In this document: one piece after another, positions 26,171 to 39,559 of the stretch
Numbering within the stretch: position 1 is the stretch's first letter
Layout of the letters: the number at the start of each line of letters is the position of its first letter
Origin: Ostrea edulis
Lineage: Eukaryota
Direction: 5' to 3'
Length of the DNA: 64,000 nucleotides
Assembly (NCBI RefSeq): GCF_947568905.1
Contig: NC_079171.1
Coordinates: 75,702,001 to 75,766,000, forward strand
Program-made: the position numbers and the translations under genes
The notes under the pieces: generated by a model
Databases searched by the model: none
The model's input: the letters and a program-made list of their open reading frames with translations, nothing else
Told to the model about the DNA's origin: nothing

Positions 26171-29100
26171 ACCGAATGAAAGGATTGGAAAAATGAGTTA
26201 CTCAGTGTGTTAATTATGTACCGTTAAACGCCGCATACAATGAGAGGGAACGAAATCTAGCAGAACTACTCTTCAACGGAAAGATATGCACAAAACTACT
26301 GGAGATTCCTAATGAAAAATATATGGAAGACGATAGGAAACACAGGGAGGAGAAGAAATAAAACTACAAAAGTTATGCTGACTAATACTGTAACATAAGA
26401 TATTCAATTTAATGATTTATTACAGAAATAGCAGGGAAAATCTAAATTAACGATCAAATTCACACCTAAATGCTAACCGTGGAAGAAAAATATGAAAATA
26501 CAGTTCTATCTTAGACAAACATCGGCACTACAAACTAAACAGATGCCCATTCGAAAATTGCATTATGAAAGTTACTCAACTGAGTTAATGCGTTCCCAAT
26601 AAATACCAGTATTGTACATAAATGATATTTACCACACTGGCACAATACATGACGTCACAATGAAAAATATGTCATGACGAAGATCATACCTCTGGTATAT
26701 CCAACGATCCGTGTTTTCCAAATTATATATTTTGTATTGCTTTTAGGAGATAGCATATTGATAACTGCTCGTTATATTCATCTTTCATTATCAGAAATAT
26801 TTGTATACCGGTATATAGCAGTCTGCTTATCAATCTCACATGTCTATTAAACATTTGCCTTAATAACCTTATAACATCATGTAAATATTGCTTACAGTAG
26901 GGTTGTAAAACTAGGGATACAATGCGTGAATCTGTGCAGGAAGATTTTGATTTGAAGCAATATATGGAGTAGGTGTTCTATGAAAGGTGTATTTAAAAAT
27001 ACAGTTTAACCAAGAATAATTCTGAACAACACTGGTCAAACATCTCTTGCCTGTGTTAGATAATGCTTTCTCCTCCGATACTCTGACATTCCGTCTGGAC
27101 TCTGGATAAGCTATGATATGCTGAATATGTCATCTTCATCTACCACTCTGTCAAATGTGCAACTATGTTAAGACCTTCCAAACTTAGTAGATGAAGTAAA
27201 TCGATTGGTATTTGAGCAAAAACGTCGGATATTATACAATTTAATGGTATTTCTCACCAACAATCAATGATGTTAAAATAAATACGAAAAAATCCCCAGC
27301 AAGACTCCCATATATACATAATTATACAAATCTCAGCAAGCTGTATTTCTCTCCGCCAAGTTACTGCGTATACCTGATTGGTGTTCCTATTTTAAAGGCC
27401 TTTACACATTAATGAAGATTACGTGCTCATAATATTGGACACAAAACCACTGTAGTGTATATGATCTATTGACATTATTGGCATCACTGTTTGTTATATA
27501 CACCATTCATTGGATATTTGTATGATACCAAAGAAATGTAATAAGTAATCCACTCATCAACATTTTAAAGGAAATCTACAAATTGACAGTTTGAAACCTG
27601 ACTACATGTTTTTCATTCACGACACAATGTTGTGATATTTCCCCTACAATACCTGTATTACCCTCAGCACAATGAATTAAAGATTAATGTGATGTGAAGC
27701 GGTGCGAAATACACTAAGGTACACATGACTGCAAAATTATTTCTCGAGATATTCGTTTTATTTATTCTTTTCTTGATATCGCGCACTATCTTCAATATCA
27801 ACGTGGCGTTCAGTTTTGATGATAATGTTGTTTTTTCTTTCTTTATTTTATTGAGCATAGTTTGGATCCCAAAGTTCTAGAACAAGACATCGTATTTTTG
27901 CTGTGATCTCAAGTTCCGCTTAATAATATATTTCGATCCAATAAAAATTAATTTCAATTACAACAGAACAAAGCTTATAATAAATGGTAGCATTGGTGTG
28001 CAGAAAAAAAAACTACAGGCGAGGATATAGTAAAGATAACTCCTTTGATAAAGTGAACTTCCAAATACAAATCAGCAATAGTTGTTATCATGCTACTGAC
28101 AGTGGTAGATCATTGGTTAGAACGTCCGCTTGGTAAACAAAAATGTTGTGAGTTCTCTACCTACCAATCACCAACCATTAACAAATGAGAGTCGTGTATT
28201 TTAGTTAATAGCCTTAAGGAAGATCTTCTATGATGCGGTGCGCGGTTGAGTTAAGGCTTTCCCCATACAATTTTTAATACCAGTGCTGTATATAAATATA
28301 CTTTACCGCACTGGCACATTGCACGACGTCACAATGAAAAATACGTCATGACGAAGGTATTGACGCACATATCACAGTCCTTTTGTGGTTGGAAATGTCA
28401 AAATATTGTTTCGTTATTTACCACTGCTGTCATACGGTAAACTGCAATTGCGTAAAAGTTTCCGTCAAATGGGTTATATTAATTATCTTTCATTATTGCA
28501 AAAGTTTCAATTTCTTCTTTATATAGCATACATGTAATATAAAGTAATATCCATATTATAGTATGATCTTGATATCGCCCCTAATCTACACGTATAGTTA
28601 CTTTCACAATGGACTCATTTGCATAAACAGGGTTTCTGTACATAAAAAAATTCATCATTGGCACGACACCCCGATATTTTTAAGTGAAAAATGTTTGATT
28701 TATGTGACATGTGAACTTCAGTGACAAAGGCAAGTTAGGAGAGCAAATTCTGGCTTCAACAGAAAATATGTTTTCCAGGTTAGATTCAACTTCGTATGTG
28801 CAAAAATCGCTGCATCTTGCATATTCAATGCAAAAATGAGACATGTTACAAGTCACAATAAACTTGCTCTCAGCACTTTTCAAATTAAGAAATTAATATG
28901 CTTTCAAGTTATATTAACTTCAACTTGCATATATATCTGGATATCGTGCCAATTCAACGATTTATACATACACGATACGTTTTTATCTTGATATTTGATC
29001 ACGTGATACAGAGTTGATGTAGAGACTGTCGGTCTGGTGAAAAATGTATAAGAAGTCAATATGCACTTAATGATATATAAATATTGTTTTTGTATAAAAG

Positions 29101-29599
29101 GGTTGTGTTTACAGAATTTGTAACAAATTGATATGTTTATTAACGCTTTTTTCTTGACTTATTGTTATGGCCTACTTAACACAGCTGCGTGAGTTCTGAC
29201 ACGCTGTATAATCACCATTGAGACGGTTGTGAGCATTAAACGTTGACATACATATGTGACAAAACGATGCATGTATTCTCAAATATACATAATGCAAAAT
29301 ATAGCCGTGTCCTTCAGCTAAAAAGATTAGAAATAGTAGTTGGAGTACAAAACAGACAGCAACATGAACAGTATATGTCCTGATAGGAGTTGTGAGATTG
29401 ATCAAAATTGTTTCGCTTCAACTTGTCATGGAACTGATAGTTAAAGATTTATTTGTGAATACTAAGGACTGCATGATGAACGAACAATCAACGACATATG
29501 AAGACAACAATTGATTTATATACATCATATTTCAGACTTATAGGAATGTTTGTTTATAAATAATAATAACTGTCATGCATATGTCAAATTGATATACCA

Positions 29600-30260
29600 C
29601 TGTGATATCGAACTATGACACCACAGAGTCGCCCAGTTCTGCTTCATGCATATATATTTTATTGAAAGTAGACTTTAACAGCCAACTGAAAACTGACAAC
29701 TCAACAGATGAGCTCAGCGTCTTCACCATGACGGTTATATTCATTGCTACATAAATATGGGAATATGACATTCCCATATTTATGTAGCAATAGTCTATTT
29801 TCACTTAAATATGGTGTTTATATATCTCAACTAATTCGATACGCAAAGGCTTGTTCTGCGTATAGTCAGTTTTTAAATCGAGGCAAGCTACTGGCAAACG
29901 GGTTGATGGCACAGGGGTTTCAACAGTCTCGATTCAAGTCAGCATTTAGTATATTATATGGTCGCTATAACGATTTAGTACGTCAATACAACCTATCATT
30001 GAGTCAAGTGCTGACTGACGTGTTTAATATCGATGGTTAGGCCGTTATTGGAACACTGATTTTGACTACGGATAACTTCGTTTACCTGATCAGGATTTAA
30101 GGCTCACGGCAGGTGTGACCGTTCGACAGGGGATGCTTACTCCTCCTAGGCACTTGATCCCACCTCTGGTGTGTCCAGGGGTCCATTTTTGCCCAACTAT
30201 CTATTTTGTATTGCTTATAGGAGTTATGCGATTGATCACTGTTCGTAATCTTTACCTTGC
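29600..30260 (+). mobile_element. Penelope-like RT 3' fragment with 3' UTR
   Basis: ORF 29744..30040, GVYISQLIRYAKACSAYSQFLNRGKLL..., followed by the shared 3' UTR. Confidence 0.85.
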
Positions 30261-30350
30261 ATCCGTGTACTTTATCTTCACCTTTCAATCTACCATGTTG
30301 TAGACCTAACTTCAAAGCCTAATGTAACATTAAGGTAGATGCAAGGATAT

Positions 30351-30760
30351 ATTATTTGTCGAAATGCGCATCTGGTGCATCAAAATTGGTACCGTATACG
30401 TTTTACATTAGGACCCCTGGGTCGAGGCCTCTGCTGGTGGACTGTTAGTCCCCGAATATCTTTACAGCCTATTAGCTAAGTACTTCGTTACTAGCTTGAA
30501 AATACGGATGCATATGTAATTTCTGTTATAGAATTTAGAAATTCAATTCAAAATTAAGGATTATCTCCCCCATGGCTAGCTCCTATCCATACACAACTTT
30601 GACTCCTCTTTTTTGGGGCACACTGTTTTCCCCTATAAAAACCCTTAAACTTCACTGTTAATTCGGATTTCAAATATTTCGGTTGAGCATCACTGAAGAG
30701 ACATTGTTTCTCGAAATGCGCATCTGGTGCATCAAAATTGGTACCGTACACGTTTTACAT
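30351..30760 (+). mobile_element. Retrozyme-like array, ~1.15 units
   Basis: The 3' half of a hammerhead at 30351-30378 and a full one at 30687-30730. Predicted cleavage sites after 30372 and 30724 give a 352-nt monomer. Ends in ttttacat. Confidence 0.85.
30687..30730 (+). ncRNA. Type I hammerhead ribozyme, core intact (one C.C mismatch in stem II)
   Basis: gcatca ctgaaga gaca ttgtt tctc gaaa tgcgca tc tggtgc. Confidence 0.85.
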
Positions 30761-31225
30761 ATTCGCCCCGAACGACTTAAAGTCAAATGTCACCAATCAT
30801 GAATACGTAAAGTTGGCATGGAAGTAGAAATAACTTTGAAAAATTCAGGTTCATCACATGAATTGGTGACAATTCACTAAAGCTAATCACTTCCTTAGTT
30901 TATTCTATATACCGACGAGAAAACATGTGTGGAAGTTGTGATTCACTGTACCAAATGGATACATCTTACGTTTCATCTAATTCTAAACAAAATAAAAACA
31001 CGTTTTTATGGAGTCATCTGATAGTACCTTTTTAAAAGTATAACCATATGATAATTGTTAAAAGTGACTGTAAAATAATGGCATTGTCTTTTTCAAGCTT
31101 TATTTGTTAAGAAGTGGTGTAGACGTTATAAATTATAACATCCGTTGTCGAAGACAATTTAAAAAAAAAAGAATATCATTTATTAAGTTACTGATATCAA
31201 CTGTACATATGTATTTCTCTTTCAG

Positions 31226-31297
31226 GGATCTAAGTGAGAATCAAATAACAGAGATACCTGAGACAGCATTCTCCAGTCTGGTGAATTTACAACGTCT
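31226..31297 (+). CDS. Single-LRR 72-bp exon of an extracellular LRR protein
   Basis: ttctctttcAG acceptor and GTAAGT donor; phase 2-2; (R)DLSENQITEIPETAFSSLVNLQRL is a canonical 24-aa typical-class LRR. Confidence 0.9.
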
Positions 31298-31628
31298 GTA
31301 AGTGTACTTTACTTGTAATTGTTTAAACAAAAATAAACGATAAGAAAATCCTCTCTATGATACCCGTTTTACGAAAGGCAACAATACATATTTAAATTTG
31401 TAAAATAAAACATCCGAATCTTTATCACACACACCAAAACAAGAACAATCGTGTCAAAATGAATTTTCAGAAAATCTAGTCAGTTTATTCTAAACACAAT
31501 ATACACGACAATGACACTGAACAATTTTTGAATTTGCCGTCTATGGAAGATTTGCAATATTTTGTTCCTACGTATTTTAAATAGAAATGTGAATCGGAAA
31601 AAATATAATAGGCATTTCCATGTTTCAG

Positions 31629-31707
31629 TAGAGTCTTACTGGCTACGTTTACAACGTAGATGCTATTGCCGATACGACTGGGTCAGTTGGTATGACCTGA
31701 ATTTTGA
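31629..31707 (+). pseudogene. LRRNT-like exon, copy 2
   Basis: tttcAG acceptor and GTGAGT donor (phase 2); ESYWLRLQRRCYCRYDWVSWYDLNF, similar to CxCxxxxVxCxxL with Cys lost. Confidence 0.45.
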
Positions 31708-31956
31708 GTGAGTGAATTCAATTGTTCCCTGTTGATGTAAGTTTAAACACCTCTATGATAGGGGTATTGATAACCTTGTCATATATGATATATTCGCTAT
31801 AACTTGTGTTCTTCAAATTGATTTCAACATATTTTTTCGAATGACAAATAATTGGACACTGATTTCAAACAATTGTGTTACCCCTTAATCGAACTGTGAA
31901 TCATGACCCAGCGAAGATACACATGTAACGAAAATTAGTCAATCTCATCTTTATCA

Positions 31957-33290
31957 TGAAATGTGAAGATAGCGAATAATGATCAACCTCATCAATCCGA
32001 TCAGGAATAAAAAGTAACGAGTTGGCAAACGCGGACCCCTGCCAACACTAGAGGTGGATGAGTAGTAAGCATCCTCTGTCGAACGACCATACTCACCATT
32101 AGGTTTATATCATGATCAGGTAAACGGAATTATCCGTAGTTAAAATGGGTGTGTCGAAGTAACAATCAGTATGAAACACGTCAGACCACATTTGACCCAA
32201 TGACAGGTTGTATTTGCAGTTATATCGTTATAACGACCATGAAATTAGCGAAATGCAGATTTTAAATGAAATTCCTGCATCACCAACGTGTTTGTCAGTA
32301 GACTGAACCAATTTAAAAGGAGATCATGCGCAGAATAAGTGTTTGGGTATCGAAACAGTTGAGCTATCTGAACACCATATGCAGGTGGGTGTTAAATGCA
32401 AAACTTATACGGTAACAATTTTGATGTACCAGGTGCGTATTTCGACAAATTATGTCTCTTCAGTGATGCTCAACCGAAATGTTTGAAATCCGAAATAACA
32501 ATGAAGACTTCGAGCTATTATAAACAACACAGTGTACCAAAAATGTGGAGTTTAGTTCGTTTAAGGATAAGAGCTATGCGTGAGGTAGATAATCCTTAAT
32601 TTTGAAATGAATTTCTAAATTTTATAACAGCAATTAAATATACATCCGTATTTTCAAGCTACTAACGAAGTACTTAGCTACTGTGCTGTAGAAACCCTCG
32701 GGAACTAACAGTCCACCAGAAGATGCTTCGACCCAAATCTCATGATTTAAAACTCATACGGTACCAATGTTGATGCACCAGATGCGCATTTCGACAAATT
32801 ATGTCTTTTTAGTGATGTTCAACCGAAATGTTTGAAATCCGAAATAACAATGAACTTTTAGATCTATTATAGGCAAAAACGGTGTGCCAAAAACGTGGAG
32901 TGAAATTCGTTTGAGGATAAGAGCTATGTGTGAGGGAGATAATCCTTAATCTTGAATTGAATTTCTAAATTTAATAACAGGAATTAGATATGAATCCGTA
33001 TTTTCTAGCTAGTAACGAAGTACTTAGCTACTGGGCTGTAAAGACCCTCGGGGACTAGCATTCCACCAGCAGAACCCTCAACCCAGGGGTAATAATGTGG
33101 AATTTATACAGTATCAATTTTGATGCACCAAATTGCTACATGCATGTGGGGAGTTGGTGATGGTGAAACTAAACTAATTCCGTAAATCCCAAAAGGAATA
33201 CGAAATTGAGAATGGGGTAAACACAAACCTTTGAAAATATGAGACAATGTCAAGTGGTTGGTGATTAAGTATATACTGCCGATAGTATCT
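31957..33290 (-). mobile_element. Old Penelope-like 3' fragment split by a retrozyme insertion
   Basis: 31957-32387 is the reverse complement of the PLE C-terminus plus UTR. The homology resumes at 33131 (aattgctacatgcatgtggggagttgg). Confidence 0.7.
32396..33130 (-). mobile_element. Retrozyme-like tandem dimer (349 + 350 nt monomers plus a 36-nt tail)
   Basis: Hammerheads at 32426-32469 (cleavage triplet changed to ACC) and 32775-32818 (core CTAAAAA). The array stops at gcacca (33130), the predicted cleavage point. Confidence 0.9.
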
Positions 33291-35029
33291 CCACACCAGG
33301 AGCATACACCAGCACAGACAATGCATATTGTTCATTTATTTCAACCAGCAATGTAAACCCGCGATAGTCTTTCGTGGTTTAGACTGTAGCTATGCCTAAG
33401 GGCATGTGTTTTTAAATTACAGTTTTTCAGAAGAATGATTGTTTGGAACGTATGGCTGACCGCAATTTTGAGTATAAACTATATATCAAACGCTGGCATG
33501 CTATATGTTGTGGGATTTTGTTAAAATTTCGATACCTTTTTAAAAATTACAAATGACATATCAAATCCTGTGTATGATGCATGGGTACAAAGCCAATCTT
33601 TCCATTCCACACTATTGTGTTTGTACATCCATCCATGCAGTTGATTTTTTCTCAAATCCACGTTTCCCATCCATTTGTATACATTGTATACGATAACATA
33701 CCACTACATAAAGTATAATGAAGGTCAACATTTTCTTCATTCCTTGGGTAGTCAAAATTAATTCCAATGATTAGGGAACGAAATAATTCCAAGTTTATAG
33801 CAAACGGAATCAGTCGTAATGTAAACCGAGAAAGGTAACGTCATTTCCAGTATTCAGAATTTAACGTTATATAATATACAGAATTAATAGTAGTCTATAG
33901 TAAGCAGAATCAATCAAGGTCGAAACCAAATGTAGTAAACAGAAATAAGTCTAGTGTGTATAGTCCATGACATAAAATATAGTATTCTAAATAATTATGT
34001 ATTATCGTAAACAGAATGAATCTTATTCTATGAAGAGATGAGGAAAATGAAAAGTGATCAATCTATTAAATTCTTTAATAATTACAAAATTAAGAGCTGG
34101 ACAAACACAGGCGCTTTGACATACCAGGGGTGGAATCAATCGTCAAAAGGGAAGTACGCATCCCTTATCGATATGTTATGCATGTGATTGATAACTGTTC
34201 ATTATCTTCACCTTTCATGTGGAAATTTGAATTGCTATGGGAAACAATATGTTAGAAATTACCAAATATGGTTAAGGCCTTCCCTTTTCCAACTGAAAAC
34301 ATTATTGTTGTTTTAAGGTGTTTTATTTCTCTATCATTATTTCTTTTTTTACAAATTTTGTGCACGCGATTTCTCGGATATGCGTGGATAGATTTTCGAT
34401 ATGTATTCACTTGAACTCAATAAGTGGTTTTTTTTTAATTACGATTACGTCAATTATTAGTAAGACATTGACGTTGTTTCAAAGATTTAGAGTGTCGTTT
34501 TGTCCAGAAGTGTTTTTGCAAAGTATCAAATACATCAGCTTCAAATTCTCAGCGAGTGTAGAGGAGACTTGGCAGATGTGACATAGTGGATTGCGATTTG
34601 TCTGAAGCAAAAGGCGTTGAAGCTCGCGGTAAAAGTTTGTTGCAATTATTGATACGTTTTCTTTAATATCTTTTTATACAAAAAAGATTTTGTAAAGGCA
34701 TATATAACAAATATTACAGACAATGAAGATACCTATTCTATGATATCAATTTTTAAGGGCGAAGTATATAAAGGCCAAGAGGGGTGAACAGTATTCTTTA
34801 AATATCTCAAAAACTTAAAAGAATTAGTAAAGAATTGTTGAAGGAAAGTTGTCTGTTATCAACTATAGTCAATCATCACGGTCTGCATCCTCTGATGTCA
34901 GCGATATGAAAGTTGACTACGTGATAAGGGATTTTAAGGAGAATAATATAATAAACTTTGATGCCTCCTATCTCTTAAACGAAAACCAGTTGGTAAAGCA
35001 GTATATAATATAAATTGGTCAGAATATGA

Positions 35030-35900
35030 CTATATACAATATGCCATCCTTAAATTGTGTCTCACTTTCCCTCTCAAGGAATTCAGTGGATGGCCCGTAA
35101 ATCTGAATACCAATTCTATCTTGAAAACTAAAAACATGTTGTTAAACGTTATAGAGCAAAAGTTGTAAATAATGACAAGACCTACTCGACCATAACAAGT
35201 TTTAGAAATCAGTCCCGTCAAGAAGAGGACGAGGAAAATTAAACGTCACGATACATTTTCCTGTGTTTTGTTTACAAAACAATTGTTGTCTGGTTTATCT
35301 GGTTTGATATCAATTCAGTGTAGGTAAATACAGTACTATTTAGCAAACACTTATAGTTCAATATACTTTCGACACAAATTAGAGCAAATAGTATGTGCAA
35401 TATGTCGAATTCACTAAATCGGCTTTAATTTAGTCACGATTTATTTCGTCGAGAAACCATGTGTTACAAACAATGTGAATGAAGAATAATCAGTTGGTTT
35501 TAGTTTAAATTCTTTGAAAATAAGAGAAAAAGTGCCCGTAAGATACGAAAAAGGAGAAGCCGGTCATTTCTCACTCCTTTTTGGCTGCAATCTTTATACG
35601 AAGAGAGTCGCAATGAAAAAAACATTATATAATTGTTATCTATCCAATGAACTCATACCATATTTCAATGAAACTAAACAAACAATTTATTTAAACGTCT
35701 ATAATATTTCTTTCAATTCCAAATAATTTCACTCTTGTTTTTAGCCAATCACGCAATACCTACACAGTTATACCTCTTCTCAATCTTGGGTAGTCTACAT
35801 CTGGGTTACACATCCAAGCCTTTGCTACTCTGCTTTCGTATTAATATAGTGATCCATGGGTCTTTAAATACCCCCTTTATTAGCAGAACATTCTCCAAAA
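35030..35900 (+). pseudogene. Decayed LRR-coding segment
   Basis: MPSLNCVSLSLSRNSV (~35040), MKNNQL, and ORF 35735..35983 with FSILGSLHLGY. Confidence 0.45.
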
Positions 35901-36939
35901 TATCAAACCGTCGAAAGGATATACAAGGAGTAAAAGTTTTAGGGACCAGTCCCTGGAAAAGGACCAACATGCGTCAGAAGTAGAAGACTTTTCTAAACGT
36001 TTCGAAAGCTAAATAGTGTTTGGTAAGCATTATAGGAGCAAAATTGTGTGTTTTATATAACGTTTATTAACCGGCGTTAAGTTTAATTGACCATTCATTA
36101 TGTAAGAAGTGCTTAGTATATGGATATTTTTCAAAAGTTGTAAAATGTTATATAAGAAAATTCGCCAGGGTATCATCGTAAATATGTGCAATCGTTAGAA
36201 ATATACGAATAAGTTCCTATTGACCTTTACGTTTTTCTTCCTTGGAATGTCATGGAAGCATGGAATCGTCGAGCTGAAGGCGTATTAAGAGTGATCTTTC
36301 TTCTACAAGCTGAACACCCGAACAATTGATTGCTCATTCTCCAAATCCTCACAAATAAGCAACTATTACAGTTTCTTTTGGATACGACCTTAAAAATCAT
36401 ATCTACGGATTGTATGAAAGAATCGGCACGAACCTGCATTGATGTGAGTATGAGCACTAAACATAGGTCTGGATTTGTGGTACTATACTACAGTTTATGT
36501 AGTTTCATTACAAACATAATTAATCTTTATTTAACTGCTACGGACATCGTATGAAAGGTGACCTTCAAAACGGAGTCCTGTGTCGTGAAAGGCGTTGGCA
36601 CATTTAGGAATCCTCACTGCTACGGTCATGGGCATATCTAAATTGATAGTATTGAGGTATTGTACTTACACCAGATATTATCTTTTATATATGAGTTAAA
36701 AATCTTAAAAAAACATAAAACATACCCAACATCATCTGAAAAATGACCTTAATCATATAGTTCCGTGTCGCAACAAGCGTTGGCATACACCTGCTTTTTT
36801 TTCGATTTTATGATAACGATTTATCGGATATTCTTCGGTTAAAGAATTTGTAGAGACGATACGTCAACAAACTGATCAATACATTTCTTTCTTCTAGTTA
36901 GTACTGTTCGCGCTTTTGTCTCGAATATGCTTAAATGCC

Positions 36940-37110
36940 ACGGCGGTCTAGAAGTAAAACATTCGCCCCGCAAGCAGAAGGTTGGGGTTCAAATCCCGAC
37001 CCCGACAAACTTTAGTCGTTAAAACAGATAGTGACAGTTCCATCGCCAAACGATCGGCATCAAATGTGAATGTCACAGGTCCTTGGAGATGACCTTATAA
37101 AGAATGACCA
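36940..37110 (+). mobile_element. tRNA-derived SINE fragment
   Basis: Degenerate A box, B-box-like GTTCAAATCCC (~36988), then a body (..gtgacagttcc..gtcacaggtccttggagatgacc). A related body piece lies at ~36555-36640. Confidence 0.55.
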
Positions 37111-39022
37111 ATGGTTAGATAATGACTATTCCTGAAATACATGGAGTACTCTCTAAAGTATCAACACCTTCCATTAATTGCTAAATGTGGCTATCAATGC
37201 AGAATTTTACGCAAGTACCGATTTTACGAGTTTGATAGGGAGACGGGGAATGATGTACTTGATGACGTTTTGGTATTTGTCATTGCTAAAGGTCATGATG
37301 GTTTTATACTAAATACATTTCTTGTTACTAAAAATAGTTTAACCTACCTGCCGACGCTCTTCTGAAATATAGGGTCGGGAAAGGGGAGACAAAAATTTTC
37401 TTGGAAAATAGTTAATCTATTGTCAACTGACAACTGGCAACTACCCAAAATGCCTACGGGTTTCCATAGTTATATATAACATATATATATCTCCATTACC
37501 CTGACATATACAACTAAGTACCTAGATCATCATTACAATCCTTCCAGCCCTGATATATGCAGGGTTCGTGTTTGCCCAAGTTTCTATTTTGAATTGCATA
37601 TTGGAGCTATGATATTAATTATTGTTCGTTCTCTTCACCTTTCAATCTGCGTCATTGTTTGCATCTCCTATATAACATTAAGTTGTGTCATCGTCTGTTG
37701 TTGCATCATTTTCATTCATTTCATGGCTTCTTGACTTTCCTGTTTCTGTTATTGGCTGACTGAAAATTTCATGTATATACACTCTATTCTATGTGGTATT
37801 TCATTTTGTATGTCCCCCCTTTGAAGTGGATCTGTTTGATTTCTTTAATTTTCCATTGAGTTCCCTTCAGTGTTTTGATGTTCCACAGTGTTTGGAATTG
37901 AATAGTCTATTTCTCAAATCTATGACTTTCCCGGTTTTTTTCTTCTGTTTATTTAGAGATACAATTTATCTATCAGGAACATAATAAATTGTCACCGTTT
38001 TGGTCACTCTGGTTCTACACTATTCTGTGTCGATATTTAAGTTCCAAATAAACAAAAATAATTTCACATCAAAGAAAACGACTTAGTTGCCTTTTATGTT
38101 CCTCTCCTAGTTAAGATTAATCAATTTGCAAGAACAAAATACTATGATTACAATAAATCAATAGTAGCAAATGTTTAGTGTTCGTGACTCAGTTACCTCT
38201 TCTTTACATCTGTCAACATTAATCGTGGCTTCTGCAATCTGCATGAGCCCCCCTTTTTTTTTTACAACTAACAACTTAACAACTAACTACTGACAACTAA
38301 CTCTGACCACTAACTCAAACTGCTAACGGGATTCCGTATTTATAGATAGCATGTGTTTCCCAAGATCCGTGTGTAAATAACAGGATAACAAGGTCGCCAT
38401 TACACTGAGTATTTACATATAATATAGAGCAACACACATACAAGAAAGCATATTAATAAAACAAGAAAAACTCAGAAACATTCGTTAGTTTCCAAGATAT
38501 GCCACACTCTCAACATAATCACGTTTATTTTTTACTGATAAACAACAGGGTCGGGATCGAGATATACATTACATCGTCCAAATTCCTGTAATTTCGAGGG
38601 AATAAAAAAGGAGAATGTAACGATTTCCCGATACATGACAACTATGAACGGGGGATGCTTACTCCCCCTAGGTACATGATCCCACCTCTGGTGTGTCCAG
38701 GGGTCCGTGTTTGCCCAACTATCTATTTCCTATTGCTTGTAAGAGTTATGAGATTGATCACTGTTCGTTATCTTCACCTTGCATGCGACAGATATTTGAT
38801 GATAATTAACTGACGGTATTATTAAACGTAAATGACAATAATGATGTATATATATGTAAACAAAAACAACCTGCAAAAAACACAGGAATCTAGCAAATCC
38901 GCATTTACTCTATAAATAAATACTCATTACATAAAAAAAATGCAACAAATATATCTAGTAAATAAAATCAATCATAGTTTATATTAAACAAAATCAATAG
39001 TAAATATGATCAATTCTAATAT

Positions 39023-39381
39023 TGATGGTACAGGGGTTTCAACAGTATCGATTGAAGTCAGCATTTCGCTAACTCTATGGTCGTTATAACGATCTAATTC
39101 GTCAGTACAACCTCGCATTGGGTCAAATGCTGTTTGATGTGTTTAATACCGATTGTTAAGCCGTTCTTGGCACACTGATTTTGACTGCGGATAACTACGT
39201 TTATCTGATCAGAATATAGAGCTCACGGCGGATGTGGCCGGTCAACAGGGGATGTTTACTCCTCCTAGGCACCTGCTACCACCACTGGTGTGTCCAGGGG
39301 TCCGTGTTTGTCCAACTATATATTTTGTATTGCTTGTAGGAGTTATGAGATAGATCACTGTTCGGTATCTTCATCTTGCAT
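39023..39381 (+). mobile_element. Penelope-like 3' fragment
   Basis: MVQGFQQYRLKSAFR..YGRYNDL..QYNLALGQM plus the 3' UTR, ending in atcttgcat. Confidence 0.85.
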
Positions 39382-39559
39382 TCTAATATATGACAAACAA
39401 AAGTAATCCTAAAGTATAAAAGCCAAAATATGTTGTAGAGCTTAGCATAAAATAAATTCTAGTGTAAAGTAAACAAAACCTAGCAAGAACACTGTCTTTG
39501 TTTGTAAGGCTTATTGTTACAACTGTATTTTAAACGAACTTGGTATTAAATCAACTTTT

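Noticed and set aside
30097-30315. Recurrent short ORFs ..KVKITNSDQSHNSYKQYK.. (also 1757..1990 and 51754..51969)
   Set aside because: Antisense translation of the PLE 3' UTR; they recur only because the repeat recurs.
30554-30751. Short ORFs such as MYGTNFDAPDAHF.. (also 32396..32599)
   Set aside because: Antisense readings of the non-coding retrozyme; the frame is not kept among copies.
32380-32400. Retrozyme-PLE template-switch chimera
   Set aside because: PLE homology resumes on the other side at 33131, so the retrozyme simply inserted into an older PLE copy.
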